NCBI GenBank assembly: GCA_017853715.1
Contig: JAFMIZ010000002.1
Coordinates: 20,128-84,127 of the forward strand
Origin: Pedosphaera sp.
GTDB taxonomy: Bacteria; Verrucomicrobiota; Verrucomicrobiia; Limisphaerales; DSYF01
Length of the DNA stretch: 64,000 nt
Reading direction: 5' to 3'
Below the pieces are notes generated by a model that made no database searches, was not told where the DNA came from, and saw nothing but the letters and a program-made list of their open reading frames with translations. Positions 8,417-19,181 of this stretch are shown in pieces. The first letter of the stretch is position 1, and every line of letters starts with the position of its first letter. Both the position numbers and the translations under genes were made by a program.

Positions 8417-10189
8417 ATGCTGCCCAACAAACACATTGAAGCCGCCCTGCAAGCGGCTGTCCGCGCCGTCCTGCCAGATGCCGACGTAAGCGCGGTGCTC
8501 GTGCGTCCGTGTCCGGACCCGAAGTTTGGCGACTATCAAAGCAACGCCCTGATGTCCATTGCCAAAGCGCGCAAAATGAATCCGCGCCAGCTCGCCGAAC
8601 AAGTGAAGGCCCAACTCAACGTCACAAATTGGTGCGAACCTGTTGAGATTGCCGGAGCGGGCTTCTTAAATTTTCGCTTGAAGCCGGAGGCCGTCGCGGC
8701 CTGTCTGGATGAGGCGCTCGCAGGCCAGCATTTGTTCTATGAACGGGCGACAAATCCACTGACAGTCGTGGTGGACTTCAGTTCCCCCAACGTTGCCAAG
8801 CCCATGCACGTCGGCCATATCCGCTCCACTGGCATCGGCGACGCGCTCCAGCGCATCCTGCGATTGCTTGGCCACCGGGTCATCACCGACAACCACATCG
8901 GCGACTGGGGCACGCAATTTGGCAAGCTGCTCCTCGGCTGGAAACAAATCCTCGACCGCACCGCGCTGGAACGCGACGCCATCGCAGAACTGGAACGCCT
9001 TTACAAAGTCATCAACGCCGAGTGCGACGCGAATCCACAGCGCCTCGAAGCGGCGAAACTGGAGCTCGTGAAACTCCAGGCTGGCGACGTTGAAAACGCC
9101 GCCATCTGGAAAGAGATGATCCGGCTGTCGCAGGTGCAGTTTGATACGATCTACGGTCGGCTAGGCGTGGAGTTTGACGAGGCGCTCGGCGAAAGTTTTT
9201 ATAATGCTTGGCTCGGTGAGGTCGTTGCGGATTTGCTCAGGCGCGGCATCGCCCGCGAGAGTGAAGGGGCCGTCGGCATCTTCAGCGACGGCTCACTGCC
9301 GCCCAAAGAAGACCCGTTCCTCGTCAATCGCGATGGCGAATGGGTCGCGGATCCTGCACTCGTCCGCAAGAGCGACGGCGGGTTCAACTACATGACCACG
9401 GACCTCGCCACGGTGGATTACCGGCTCAAGACGTGGTCGCCAGATGAGATTGTTTACGTGGTGGACGACCGCCAGGCGCCGCATTTCAAGAAGCTCTTCC
9501 TCGCCTTCGCGCGCTGGCAGCCCGAGGCCGCCAAGAAGGTGAAACTGGTTCACGTCGGCTTCGGCAAAATCATGGGCGACGACGGCAAACCCTTCAAAAC
9601 GCGCTCCGGCGACACCGTGAAGCTCGGCGACCTGCTTGACGAAGCCGAGTCCCGCGCACTGGCCGTGGTGAACGAGAAAAACCCTGACCTTCCTGAAGCC
9701 CAGCGCCGCGAGATCGCCCGCGTCGTGGGCATCGGCGCCGTAAAATACGCCGACCTGCTGCCCAACCGGCAAAGCGATTACGTATTCAGTTGGGACAAGA
9801 TGCTCTCGCTGCAAGGCAACACCGCACCTTACCTACAATATGCCTACGCCCGCATCGCGAGCATTTTGCGGAAGGCAGGGGAAACGCCGAACATTCAACC
9901 TTCAACTTCCAACATTCAACTGGGCGCAGCGGATGAATTAGCACTCGCCAAGCAGTTGCTGAACTTCGGCGGCGTGCTCGAAGGCGTGGCTGCCGACTTC
10001 CGCCCTAACTACCTTTGCAATTACCTCTACGAAGTAGCGGGGGCGTTTGCGAAGTTCTACGAGGCGTGCCCGGTGCTGAAGTCCGAAGGCGAAACCCGCG
10101 CCAGCCGCCTCGCGCTCTGCGAGCTGACCGGCCGTGTGTTGAAGCAGGGACTTGAGGCCCTCGGCATCGAGGTGCTCGATCAGATGTAG
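8417..10189 (+). CDS. argS: arginine--tRNA ligase
   Basis: Class I HIGH region SSPNVAKPMHVGHIRS. The C-terminal anticodon-binding region reads APYLQYAYARIASILRKAG ... YLYEVAGAFAKFYEACPVL. I chose the ATG at 8417 (MLPNKHIEAALQ); the track start at 8345 is a GTG inside the leader hairpin. Confidence 0.95.
   Translation: MLPNKHIEAALQAAVRAVLPDADVSAVLVRPCPDPKFGDYQSNALMSIAKARKMNPRQLAEQVKAQLNVTNWCEPVEIAGAGFLNFRLKPEAVAACLDEALAGQHLFYERATNPLTVVVDFSSPNVAKPMHVGHIRSTGIGDALQRILRLLGHRVITDNHIGDWGTQFGKLLLGWKQILDRTALERDAIAELERLYKVINAECDANPQRLEAAKLELVKLQAGDVENAAIWKEMIRLSQVQFDTIYGRLGVEFDEALGESFYNAWLGEVVADLLRRGIARESEGAVGIFSDGSLPPKEDPFLVNRDGEWVADPALVRKSDGGFNYMTTDLATVDYRLKTWSPDEIVYVVDDRQAPHFKKLFLAFARWQPEAAKKVKLVHVGFGKIMGDDGKPFKTRSGDTVKLGDLLDEAESRALAVVNEKNPDLPEAQRREIARVVGIGAVKYADLLPNRQSDYVFSWDKMLSLQGNTAPYLQYAYARIASILRKAGETPNIQPSTSNIQLGAADELALAKQLLNFGGVLEGVAADFRPNYLCNYLYEVAGAFAKFYEACPVLKSEGETRASRLALCELTGRVLKQGLEALGIEVLDQM
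9890..9920 (+). repeat. in-frame direct repeat inside argS (aacattcaac x2, ttcaac x3)
   Basis: aacattcaac occurs at 9890-9899 and again at 9911-9920, separated by cttcaacttcc. The stretch encodes PNIQPSTSNIQ in the variable linker after ASILRKAG. Confidence 0.6.
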
Positions 10190-10192
10190 CGG

Positions 10193-11917
10193 CTACATCG
10201 CCGGCAGCAGTATCCGAATGCTCGTGCCTTTGCCGCGAGCGGATTGCAGCTCGATCTTGCCGCGATGCGCCTCGATGATACGGCCCACTATGGCCAAGCC
10301 GATGCCCGTGCCCTTCTGCTTGGAAGTTTTGAGCAGCGATTTAAAAGCGCCCCGTTGTTCCTCTTTCGTCATCCCACGACCAGTGTCGGCAAACTCCACC
10401 TCCACCCACGAGCGTCCATCGTTATCCGGGGAAGCAGCTGTGCGCGTGGTCACGGTTAGCTGGCCGCCCTCGGGCATCGCCTCGACGGCGTTCAGCGAGA
10501 GATTGAGGAACACCTGTTCCAACTGCGTTTCGTCCCCCGCCACCAATGGCAAACCTGCGTGCAGCTGGCTGACCATCTCGACGCCCTGGTTCTTGAGCTT
10601 GTGCCCCAACAAGAGGTTCAACTCCTGCAACGCCCCGTTCAAATCCACGGGAGCCAGTTGCGGCTCGGCGTTGCGCGACAGCGCCAGCACCTGCTCCACA
10701 ATCTTGTTCAGGTGATCAATCTTTTCGCCGATGATGCGTGAGTCGGTCGCGCGCGGGTCGCTCTCCGGAAACCGCAGGTCGAGCGAGTGATACAACATCT
10801 TCATCACCGTGAGCGGATTCCGGATCTCGTGGGCCACTTCCGCGGCAAGCAATCCGAGGGCGGAAAGCTTTTCGTTGTGACGCAACAACTCTTCCATGTC
10901 CACCACGCGCTCGTACAACCTGGCCTTCTCGATGGCGATCGCCGATAGCTCCGCGAAGATGCTGAGGATGCGCACCTCCTCATCCGAAAAATGGTAGGGC
11001 TGCCCGGTGTAAACATTGAGCACCCCGATGGCGCGCTCATTGAATACCAATGGCACAGACAACAAGGATGCCAGCCCGTCCTGCGCCGCCAGGGCGGAGT
11101 GCTGATATTTGCCCGAGCCAACGATGTCATCCAGTTGCAACGAACGCCGACGACGCACCACCACGCCGACGAAGCTCTCATTCACATTCAACCGCGGCTT
11201 CGCGAGGTAGCGCTCGCTCGCGCCGTGACTCGCCCGCACGCTCAGCCATTCACGTGTTTCATCCAACAGCATGAGCGAACACATCTTGGCATGAATCAGC
11301 TCGCTGGCCTGACGGGTGATAGCGCTCAACGCGTCATCCAGGCTGATGGCCGAGTTGACGGTGCGACTGACCGTCGTCAGGGCTTCGAACAATTTCGCCT
11401 TTTGCCGGAACTGCTCGTGCAACCAGGTGTTGCGAATCACGCCCGCAGCCAGTCGCGCGAGTTCTTGCAACAATTCCTGGTCCGCCTCAGTGAAGGCATC
11501 CAACTGATCGGAGTCCACGTTCAGGACGCCACGCACTTCGCCTTCAACTTCCAGCGGCACAGCCAGTTCGGAGCGCACTTCGGCACGAATGGTCACGTAA
11601 AGCGGACTGTTTCGCGTGTCGCCTACGAGCAGGGGCTTGCCGGTGCGTGCGACCATGCCCGTGATGCCTTCACCAACGCGCAGACGCACGTTGCGCGCAT
11701 CCTCGGGCAGCCCGATGGATGCCTGGATTTCCAGCAGTCCTCGGTTGGGATTGACGAGCGCCACCGATCCGCTGGTCGCGCGCATGACCTTCACCGCCTC
11801 GGTCACAATCAACTTCAAAGCCGCTTCGGGGTCTAGCGTGGAGTGAATCGTTTGGCTGACCTGATACAACAGGGAGAGCCTTTCGTATTGCGACTTCAAT
11901 GCGTCCGCTTCACTCAT
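10193..11917 (-). CDS. GAF-domain sensor histidine kinase
   Basis: 574-aa ORF with two GAF-like regions. H-box is AEVAHEIRNPLT, N-box is FLNLSLNAVEAM, G-boxes are DTGRGM and GTGIGLAIV. No membrane segments are obvious. Confidence 0.85.
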   Translation of the reverse strand: MSEADALKSQYERLSLLYQVSQTIHSTLDPEAALKLIVTEAVKVMRATSGSVALVNPNRGLLEIQASIGLPEDARNVRLRVGEGITGMVARTGKPLLVGDTRNSPLYVTIRAEVRSELAVPLEVEGEVRGVLNVDSDQLDAFTEADQELLQELARLAAGVIRNTWLHEQFRQKAKLFEALTTVSRTVNSAISLDDALSAITRQASELIHAKMCSLMLLDETREWLSVRASHGASERYLAKPRLNVNESFVGVVVRRRRSLQLDDIVGSGKYQHSALAAQDGLASLLSVPLVFNERAIGVLNVYTGQPYHFSDEEVRILSIFAELSAIAIEKARLYERVVDMEELLRHNEKLSALGLLAAEVAHEIRNPLTVMKMLYHSLDLRFPESDPRATDSRIIGEKIDHLNKIVEQVLALSRNAEPQLAPVDLNGALQELNLLLGHKLKNQGVEMVSQLHAGLPLVAGDETQLEQVFLNLSLNAVEAMPEGGQLTVTTRTAASPDNDGRSWVEVEFADTGRGMTKEEQRGAFKSLLKTSKQKGTGIGLAIVGRIIEAHRGKIELQSARGKGTSIRILLPAM

Positions 11918-11920
11918 GGC

Positions 11921-13039
11921 TTAACGCACGCGATTGATCAGGAACGCTCCCAGCAAGGTGAAGAAAAGATTGGGCAACCACGCCGCCAGCCAGGGCGGCA
12001 TCCAGCCTCCGCTGCCCATCGCCAACCCCACTTGCATCAAAACAAAGTAGGCAAAGCAAATGAAGATGCTGCCCGCCACCCCCACAAAAACATTGCGCCG
12101 CCCCGACGGTGCGCCAAATGGGACGGCGATCAACACCACGACCAGACAGGTCCACGGTGCCGCCATGCGTCCATGAAATTTGGTGAAGAACCACGCATGA
12201 TTCTGGCCGGAAAGATTGGGGTGAAAACGCAGGTAGTCCCACAGGGCCTGCAACGGGATGTCCGCCTCCTTCACGCGCCGCAAGCCTATGCTGCCGGAGA
12301 TTTTCAACTCGCTCCGAATTGCCTCGGGCGGCTCCGTAAAATCCCGGCGCACCAATTGATTGGTCTCTATGGCTGTGTAAAGCGTTGTGTCATCGGGCGC
12401 GATTTGCTGAAGGATTTTGACGCCCTCGAAGGTCCAACTCCCGCTCTCGTAGCGGCCGCTCTCAGCAAATAACCACGCCAGCGTGCCGTCACCCATGGGA
12501 TACGCCACCTGCACCTTGGTCATGGTGTTTTTTTCGAGGTCGTAGGTTCCAATCTGCCACCGACGACGCTCGCGGCTATTGGAAAACCCCATGTTGCGCA
12601 CCACCTTGGAGCCTTCCTCCGAGCCGGTGTTGCGCCGGGTCTTCAACTCCTCGGCCCAAGCCGCGGCGGGCGGAGCCACAACTTCATTGATGGCAAACAT
12701 GGCCAAACTCAAGCTGAAGCCCACGGCGAGATAAGGGGTCGCCAGCCGCCACATGCTAATCCCGGCTGCACGCATCGCCGTCAACTCGTGATGCTTGGCG
12801 TGCTGCGTCAGGGCATAGAGTAAAGCCAGGAGCAATCCGATAGGCAGGAGATATGCTAGAATGCTCGGAGCGGTGAGGAGATAGTATTGTCCCATGTCCC
12901 CCAGAGTCATTTTCGCCTCACGATACTCGGACAGGTGCGCCAGCAAGTCGAACGCCGCCCAGAAAACCAAGAAGCCGCCGAGACAAAACCCCAGCGGCAT
13001 CAACAATTCCCGTAAAAGGTAGCGGTCCAACAGACGCAT
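11921..13039 (-). CDS. LptF/LptG family LPS export permease
   Basis: 372-aa ORF. The N-terminus MRLLDRYLLRELLMPLGFCLGGFLVFW is typical of YjgP/YjgQ. Topology is 3 TM, a periplasmic domain, then 3 TM. Confidence 0.8.
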   Translation of the reverse strand: MRLLDRYLLRELLMPLGFCLGGFLVFWAAFDLLAHLSEYREAKMTLGDMGQYYLLTAPSILAYLLPIGLLLALLYALTQHAKHHELTAMRAAGISMWRLATPYLAVGFSLSLAMFAINEVVAPPAAAWAEELKTRRNTGSEEGSKVVRNMGFSNSRERRRWQIGTYDLEKNTMTKVQVAYPMGDGTLAWLFAESGRYESGSWTFEGVKILQQIAPDDTTLYTAIETNQLVRRDFTEPPEAIRSELKISGSIGLRRVKEADIPLQALWDYLRFHPNLSGQNHAWFFTKFHGRMAAPWTCLVVVLIAVPFGAPSGRRNVFVGVAGSIFICFAYFVLMQVGLAMGSGGWMPPWLAAWLPNLFFTLLGAFLINRVR

Positions 13040-13116
13040 GCACTGGAAGGTAGCGCGCGCCCCCGCTCGGCTTCAAGCTTGAGGGTTGTTAGCGGATGGA
13101 TGCATTGAAGGGGGAC

Positions 13117-14685
13117 TTAGCTGCCCGTCTTCAACTCCACTACGTCGTGCGGGGTGGCTTCCTTCATGCCAGCCTGACTGACGCGGATATAACGGGCCTT
13201 TTGGCGAAGCTGTTCCAGGTTGCCCGCGCCCAAATAGCCCATGCCGCTCTGGATGCCGCCGATCAATTGCGACAATACCACATCCGCCGAGCCGGTGACT
13301 TCCTTCAATGCCTCGATGCCCTCCGCCGCAACTTTGCGGGTGGAGTCCGCCTTGTCATGGCCGTAACGTGCTGCGGAGCCGGCCTTCATCGCCGCCAGAC
13401 TGCCCATGCCACGGTATTGCTTATACATTTTGCCGCCAATCTCCATGATCTGACCGGGGGCCTCGGGGCAACCTGCCAGAATGCCTCCGCACATGACCGC
13501 TTGCGCCAGCGTCAATGCCTTCACGATATCGCCTGACTTGGTGATACCGCCGTCGGCCAGCAAACTCACACCCTTCTTGGCCGCAGCCCGCGAACAAACA
13601 TAGAGCGCAGTCAATTGGGGAATGCCTACGCCCGCCACCACCCGCGTGGTGCAAATAGAACCGGGCCCCTGCCCCACCTTGATGACATTCGCCCCAGCAT
13701 CCGCCAAAAAATCCACACCCGCTGCGCTGGTCACGTTACCCGCGATGATGGGCAGGTTTTTGAATTCACTACGAATCATCTTCACCGTTTCGCCCACGCC
13801 CTTGCTGAAGCCATGCGCAGTGGAGACCGCCACCACATCGACGCCGCGTTCCACCAATGCACCCACGTGTTTGAGAATGCGTTCGCGGTCCAGTTCGCCA
13901 AAAGCATTGCGCGTGGCACTCACCGCCGCGCCGCACAACAGGCGAAAGTGGGCATCACGCGCCGGCTTGAATTGCGCCTTCTTCTCCTGAGTGATGCGTT
14001 CCACATCGCTCATCGTGAAGAGGCCGTGCAAGTGGTCCTTGTCATCCACGACCAGCAGCTTGTGGATGCCAGGATGGTCCGTGAAAAACTTGTCAGCGCG
14101 GGCGATGGGATTGGAGCCGAGTTCCTTCTTGCGAATCGTCTGCACCTGATCACGAGGCGTGAGCGCGTCAGACACTTTGCGGCTGGCGTAACGATGTTTC
14201 ACCACGTGACCGGAGAGCAGTCCAACCAGCTTGCCGGACTCGTCCACCACGGGGAAGGTGCGAAAATCAAAACGCCGTGCCTCGACCATTTCGAGCACGT
14301 CGCCGATCAACTTATCAGGAGTCACGGTGATTGGCTCCTGAATGAGGCCATGCACGTGATTCTTCACCCGGCTTACATGGCGAAGCTGTTCTGACTCGCT
14401 CATGTTGTAGTGAATCAAACCCAGCCCGCCGTTCAACGCCATGGCAATCGCCATGCGGGATTCGGTGACGGTGTCCATGTCGGCGGAGACGATGGGGATG
14501 TTCAATGCGAGCCCATCGACCAGCGGCATGGACAACAACGTTTCGCGCGGCAGCACCTCAGAATACTGCGTGGCCAGCGTGACATCGTCGAAGGTCAGGG
14601 CGGTGCCGGCGTGACCGGGAAAGAAGTCATCAGCGGCTTGATAGAACCGGGAGTCAACGGGGTGTGGCTTGTGCGTAGCTGCCAT
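13117..14685 (-). CDS. guaB: IMP dehydrogenase
   Basis: 522-aa ORF with the catalytic loop [18 protein letters not shown], a CBS-pair insertion, and [12 protein letters not shown] near the C-terminus. Confidence 0.95.
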   Translation of the reverse strand: MAATHKPHPVDSRFYQAADDFFPGHAGTALTFDDVTLATQYSEVLPRETLLSMPLVDGLALNIPIVSADMDTVTESRMAIAMALNGGLGLIHYNMSESEQLRHVSRVKNHVHGLIQEPITVTPDKLIGDVLEMVEARRFDFRTFPVVDESGKLVGLLSGHVVKHRYASRKVSDALTPRDQVQTIRKKELGSNPIARADKFFTDHPGIHKLLVVDDKDHLHGLFTMSDVERITQEKKAQFKPARDAHFRLLCGAAVSATRNAFGELDRERILKHVGALVERGVDVVAVSTAHGFSKGVGETVKMIRSEFKNLPIIAGNVTSAAGVDFLADAGANVIKVGQGPGSICTTRVVAGVGIPQLTALYVCSRAAAKKGVSLLADGGITKSGDIVKALTLAQAVMCGGILAGCPEAPGQIMEIGGKMYKQYRGMGSLAAMKAGSAARYGHDKADSTRKVAAEGIEALKEVTGSADVVLSQLIGGIQSGMGYLGAGNLEQLRQKARYIRVSQAGMKEATPHDVVELKTGS

Positions 14686-14900
14686 GCGTGAAAATGCCCG
14701 ACGCTCGCCCGACTTGGCAAGATTTTATAGGAGCACGCCACCCCAATCAGCGCAGCAAAGCCGCGCGAGATCCAAAAGACAGCAGTTGCGATGGATTCCC
14801 TATGCCTTGGGAATCCTCCCTTCCACTGTCTGGCACAAGATGTTTATCCAGACCGTTGACGCCCTGATTTGCGGCATTACGCTCTGCGTCAAGGCTTTCA

Positions 14901-17426
14901 ATGAATCATTTTAGGGTGCAAACAATACCGCTGCCACCAACTAGGTTGTTGAACATGCTTTGGTCCTTTCCGGTTGTTGCATTCATGGTGGTCGGCTGCT
15001 TGCTGGTAACTGGTGAACTGCACTTGGCCGCAGGCGGGTCCGGCTCAAGTTTCTACGTGGCCCCAGACGGAGCAGATTCCAACGCGGGAACCTCTCCGTC
15101 CTCGCCCTGGCGAAGCTTGACGAATATCAACAACACGAAGTTTGAGCCAGGCGACAGAATTCATCTCAAGGCAGGCGGAGTCTGGAATGGCCTGGTTTGG
15201 CTAAACGGCTCAGGAAACAGCAACGCACCAATTGTCCTCACCGCCTACGGCGAAGGGCCCAAGCCAGTCATTGATGCGCAAGGCTCGGTCGGCGCCGGCG
15301 CCGTCAATTTGGTCAACGGAGAATACTGGACCATTTCCAACCTTGAAGTAGCCAACTGGGCTGGCTACTACGCGAAGCGGTTCGGCATCTACGTCTTGTC
15401 CAACGACGGCAGGGATATGCGTGGCATCCAAATCTTGAACAACACAGTCCGGGACGTCTTCGCCAGCCCGATCCGGGCGCCCGGCACAAATGAGTTTCCC
15501 AGCTTCTACGCGGTCGGTGGCATTTACGTAAATGTGGAAGAACCCGCACGCGGGGAGACCATTTTGATCGCTGGCAACACCGTCACCAATATCGTGGGGG
15601 AGGGAATATGCTTCTGGGGCGAGAGCGAACTGGTGGGCGGCGGGGTGAACTGGTGGAACCTCTCACCGGACGTCGTCGTCCGGAGCAATCGTGTTTCCCA
15701 CACCGCAGGGGACGGCATCCTGATTCTCGGCACGACCGACGAGTTGGTTGAACATAACGTCGTCGGCTACGCGGGTGCGCTGGGCGTGAACGGCACCGAT
15801 TATGTGGCAGGCATGTGGCCGACACGCCATCACGGCGGGCTCTGGCAGTTCAACGAGGTGCACCACACCAAGGTGTGGCTGGGGGATGGTCAGGGATTCG
15901 ACAACGACGTGCTCGCCACCGGGAGGACCATTTTCCAATATAACTACTCCCATGACAATGAAGGCGGATTCCTGCTGGATTGCTGCAGCCCGGACGCCGG
16001 CCAGACCGTGGCGCGCTACAACATCTCCGTCAACGAATCCGTGGGGAACTTCTACCGGAATAACGCACTCTTCTACAACAACATATTCTACAACCCCACC
16101 GGCCCGCTCGAAATCGGGATCGTGGCTGCCGGGCTGACAAACACTTTTTACAACAATATCTTTTGGGGCACCAATTTGGGGGCTGGGTTCGGCAGTCAAA
16201 TCTTCCGCCACAACCTTTACTACGGCGGAATGCCCGCCGCCACAAATGACCCCTCTGGAATTCTTGCAAATCCGCATTTCATCAACCCCAACACCATTGG
16301 CTTGCTGGAAGGTTTCAAAGTCCTAACGAACTCTCCAGTCATCGGCTCCGGTCTGTTAGTAGCCAACAATGGTGGGCGCGATTTCTGGGGCTACTGGGTC
16401 ACCTCAAACGCCGCTCCCAATCGCGGGGCGGACAATTCCGCCTATCTTCCTTCGCCCACTTCGATCCAGATTTCCGGGCCAGATTCCCTTGGCATCCCCG
16501 CCATTGGGTTAAGCAGTTCGCGCTACACCGCAACCGTGCGCGACCAGTTGGGGCTTCCCATGCCCGATGCGCCAGTGCAATGGTCTCTTCACCCCGGAGC
16601 ACCCGGCGTCTGGCTGGACCCCCTTTCGGGATTGCTCCAAGCCAGCAGCAACGCCCCCCTGCTAAACACGCTCCTCACCGCCAGCCTCACCCCCGTCGCC
16701 GCCAGCCTTCCGGTGAGCATATCTCCTCTGGTCTTCAACAGCGCGCCAGACTTCTCCAATGTGCAAGGCCAGCGGAACTGGCACTATCAGTATGCGACTG
16801 GCGCGACTTACGCAGACATGCAATGGGATGCACCATCAGGACGCTGGAACGGCAGCGAAACCTACCTCTTGATCATGAACGGCGCGCTTCATCCGGGAAA
16901 CAACGGCGACGCGGTGTTGAAATGGGTGGCACCCGCACCCGGCATCGTCCGCGTTACTGGCACTGTTCGCAAAGGCGACATCCGCGGCGGCGACGGCATC
17001 CTTGCGTCCATCGCGCAGGGAACGAATTTCGTCTGGGGACCCGCACCGGTAGCCTTTAATGACGCAACGGGCACCAACCATGACATAGCCCTCCAAGTCC
17101 GGGAGTCGGACTTCATTTATTTTCGGGTTAATGCCAACTCCGGTGATGCTTACGACACCACGCTATGGTCCCCATCCGTTTTCTACACCACAATGTTGAA
17201 CCCAACCAATCTTACGACTAGTCGGACCGGAACCGGGCTGACCATCAACTGGCCCGGCGACCACATGGGCTGGGTGCTGATGACTCAAACGAATCGGCTT
17301 GATACCGGCGTCAGCCTCAATGCAGCCGACTGGCAGCGCGTCCCTGGAACCCACACGAACACGTCTTTCTGGCTTACCAACCTGCCTGCCCAACGGTCTG
17401 GATTCTTCCGCCTCGTCTACCCCTGA
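14901..17426 (+). CDS. secreted right-handed parallel beta-helix (pectate-lyase-fold) protein with C-terminal FFRLVYP module
   Basis: 841-aa ORF. The signal peptide probably starts at the ATG at 14955 (MLWSFPVVAFMVVGCLLV). Repeated N-x-[IV]-x-[ND] beta-helix turns are present (ILNNTVRDV, IAGNTVTNI, VRSNRVSHT, VEHNVVGY). The protein ends in GFFRLVYP. Confidence 0.75.
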   Translation: MNHFRVQTIPLPPTRLLNMLWSFPVVAFMVVGCLLVTGELHLAAGGSGSSFYVAPDGADSNAGTSPSSPWRSLTNINNTKFEPGDRIHLKAGGVWNGLVWLNGSGNSNAPIVLTAYGEGPKPVIDAQGSVGAGAVNLVNGEYWTISNLEVANWAGYYAKRFGIYVLSNDGRDMRGIQILNNTVRDVFASPIRAPGTNEFPSFYAVGGIYVNVEEPARGETILIAGNTVTNIVGEGICFWGESELVGGGVNWWNLSPDVVVRSNRVSHTAGDGILILGTTDELVEHNVVGYAGALGVNGTDYVAGMWPTRHHGGLWQFNEVHHTKVWLGDGQGFDNDVLATGRTIFQYNYSHDNEGGFLLDCCSPDAGQTVARYNISVNESVGNFYRNNALFYNNIFYNPTGPLEIGIVAAGLTNTFYNNIFWGTNLGAGFGSQIFRHNLYYGGMPAATNDPSGILANPHFINPNTIGLLEGFKVLTNSPVIGSGLLVANNGGRDFWGYWVTSNAAPNRGADNSAYLPSPTSIQISGPDSLGIPAIGLSSSRYTATVRDQLGLPMPDAPVQWSLHPGAPGVWLDPLSGLLQASSNAPLLNTLLTASLTPVAASLPVSISPLVFNSAPDFSNVQGQRNWHYQYATGATYADMQWDAPSGRWNGSETYLLIMNGALHPGNNGDAVLKWVAPAPGIVRVTGTVRKGDIRGGDGILASIAQGTNFVWGPAPVAFNDATGTNHDIALQVRESDFIYFRVNANSGDAYDTTLWSPSVFYTTMLNPTNLTTSRTGTGLTINWPGDHMGWVLMTQTNRLDTGVSLNAADWQRVPGTHTNTSFWLTNLPAQRSGFFRLVYP

Positions 17427-17480
17427 GCTTTGCGCCATCGCCCCCCAGGAATCGCACCAAATCCCTGACCCGGGACCGCC

Positions 17481-17834
17481 TCACGCCTTAGGAATCTTCT
17501 CCTCCACCATCTCACACGGCACGTGGAAAAGAAACTTGTGCGCTTCCTGGAAGCGCGCGGTGCTGCTGCCCGGAACCAAAATGTCCATCGTCGCTTGCCC
17601 TTTTGTGAAGCCGCCGTTGCAACCCAAGAAGCAGATGCTTTGCACGTCGCGCTTGTTCGCTTCTTCGACGGCCCGCAGGCCATTCTTGGAGTTGCCGCTG
17701 GTGGTGAAACAAATCAAAAGCTTGGCGCTACTGGTCAATGACTCCGGCACGATGGCGGAAGCTTTAACTAAGAGCGTTCCAATGCACCGAGTGACTGGGT
17801 GATGGCACGGCTGTCCTGAATGGCCTGTTGGAGT
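17481..17834 (-). pseudogene. truncated SIS-domain / phosphoheptose isomerase (GmhA-like) remnant
   Basis: The open frame is only 118 codons, running from the stop at 17835-17837 to the stop at 17481-17483. LLICFTTSGNSKNGLRAVEEANKRDVQSICFLGCNGG ... ILVPGSSTARFQEAHKFLFHVPCEMVEE matches the C-terminal half of GmhA (about 190 aa). The N-terminal half is absent, there is no ATG, and the only candidate start is the GTG at 17750. Confidence 0.5.
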
Positions 17835-17859
17835 TTAGCCATGCGAATGATCCTGGCCG

Positions 17860-18138
17860 TTAGCGGGCGTTGCGGACCTGTTCCTTCTTCTCCTCCAACT
17901 CGGCCTGCAACTTGGCCTTCTCATGAGCGAGCTGCGCTTGAAGCTGTTCCGCTTCCTCGCCATTGCCATGACTCTTCGCCTTCGCAATCTCCTCCCGCAG
18001 GCCGATTTCCCGCTGAGCCACCTTGGCGGCATACATGGACTCCAGATCGGCAATCTCAGCCTTCTGTGCGGCGGTCAACTTCACCGTGGGCGCCTGCTTT
18101 TGCAGCCGCTCCATGGCCAGGTCATAGGATGATTTCAT
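17860..18138 (-). CDS. small coiled-coil hypothetical protein
   Basis: 92-aa ORF with an ATG at 18138. The composition is Lys/Glu/Ala-rich and heptad-like (AQKAEIADLESMYAAKVAQREIGLREEIAKAK), unlike the Arg/Gly/Pro-rich spurious frames of this window. Confidence 0.5.
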   Translation of the reverse strand: MKSSYDLAMERLQKQAPTVKLTAAQKAEIADLESMYAAKVAQREIGLREEIAKAKSHGNGEEAEQLQAQLAHEKAKLQAELEEKKEQVRNAR

Positions 18139-18369
18139 GCCCTGAAGGTGAGGCCCAATCCCAGCCGGTCAATCTCAAAGATGAAGCGGTCCGAATACCG
18201 CGCAATGCGGGGAGCTCTGCGGATTGTCGCGGCTGGCAGAGAATTGGTTCGACCGGGAATTCCGGGGATGTCTCTGGGGATGAACGTGCGCCGAGCTTAA
18301 TTCTGAGACCATTTATTTGGAGAACGGGAGGACACGTTTGGTTTTTGGTTGAGTTGGGCGGTTCGCAGC

Positions 18370-19080
18370 TCAGGAATAGAAGTAGCCCAGCTCCCGCAGC
18401 GAGGCGTAGTCTTTGCTCTGTGTTTGGGTGGCCCGCCCGAGAATGACGTGGTCGAGCAACTCAATCTTAAGCAACTGTCCGGCGCGGATGAAATCCCGCG
18501 TGACTTTGATGTCCGCCTCGGACGGCGTTGGGTCGCCGCTGGGATGGTTGTGCACCATAACGATGGCCGCGGCATTGGCAGTGATGGCGGAGCGGAACAC
18601 ATCGCGGGCATGGACCAGGATCGTGTCGAGCGTGCCTTGGGAAAGGCGCTCCCATTTGATGAGCCGACGCCGGGCGTTGAGCAGCACCACGCAAAACTGT
18701 TCGGCCGTGGCATGGCGCAGTTCCTCGCGCAGCAATTCCGCAACGCGCTCCGGCGTGTCCAGTAACGGCGCTTCACCGCGCAGCTCAGCCACCATGCGCT
18801 TCGCCAGCGCGAACGCCGCCAGCAACGTCACAGCTTTGTCACGCCCGACCCCTTTGATGGAGCGTAAATCCTCCAGCGAAGCTCCCGCCAGCGCGTTGAG
18901 CGTGCCGAATTTCTTGAGGAGTTGCCCGCTCACTTCGAGCACGTTGGCGCCCTTGAGTCCGGTGCGCAGCAGAATGGCGATGAGTTCGGCGTGGCTTAAC
19001 GCGTCAGGTCCCCGTTCGGCGAGCCGCTCGCGCGGGCGTTGGGAGGCCGGCTGATCCTTGAGTCGCTGGCTGGATGACAT
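18370..19080 (-). CDS. radC: RadC-family JAB/MPN-domain protein
   Basis: I chose the ATG at 19080 (MSSSQRLKDQPASQRPRERL). LSHAELIAILLRTG, the HhH-like SIKGVGRDKA, and the JAMM motif VMVHNHPSGDPTPS are all present. Confidence 0.85.
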   Translation of the reverse strand: MSSSQRLKDQPASQRPRERLAERGPDALSHAELIAILLRTGLKGANVLEVSGQLLKKFGTLNALAGASLEDLRSIKGVGRDKAVTLLAAFALAKRMVAELRGEAPLLDTPERVAELLREELRHATAEQFCVVLLNARRRLIKWERLSQGTLDTILVHARDVFRSAITANAAAIVMVHNHPSGDPTPSEADIKVTRDFIRAGQLLKIELLDHVILGRATQTQSKDYASLRELGYFYS

Positions 19081-19181
19081 GCGATGTGGTGTAGCCAAAC
19101 GGCTGGATGAATTCACGCGGTTTTTTGGTGAATCATCGGGACATTCAGGATTAAATCCTGTCCGCAAAACCCAGAAATGCC

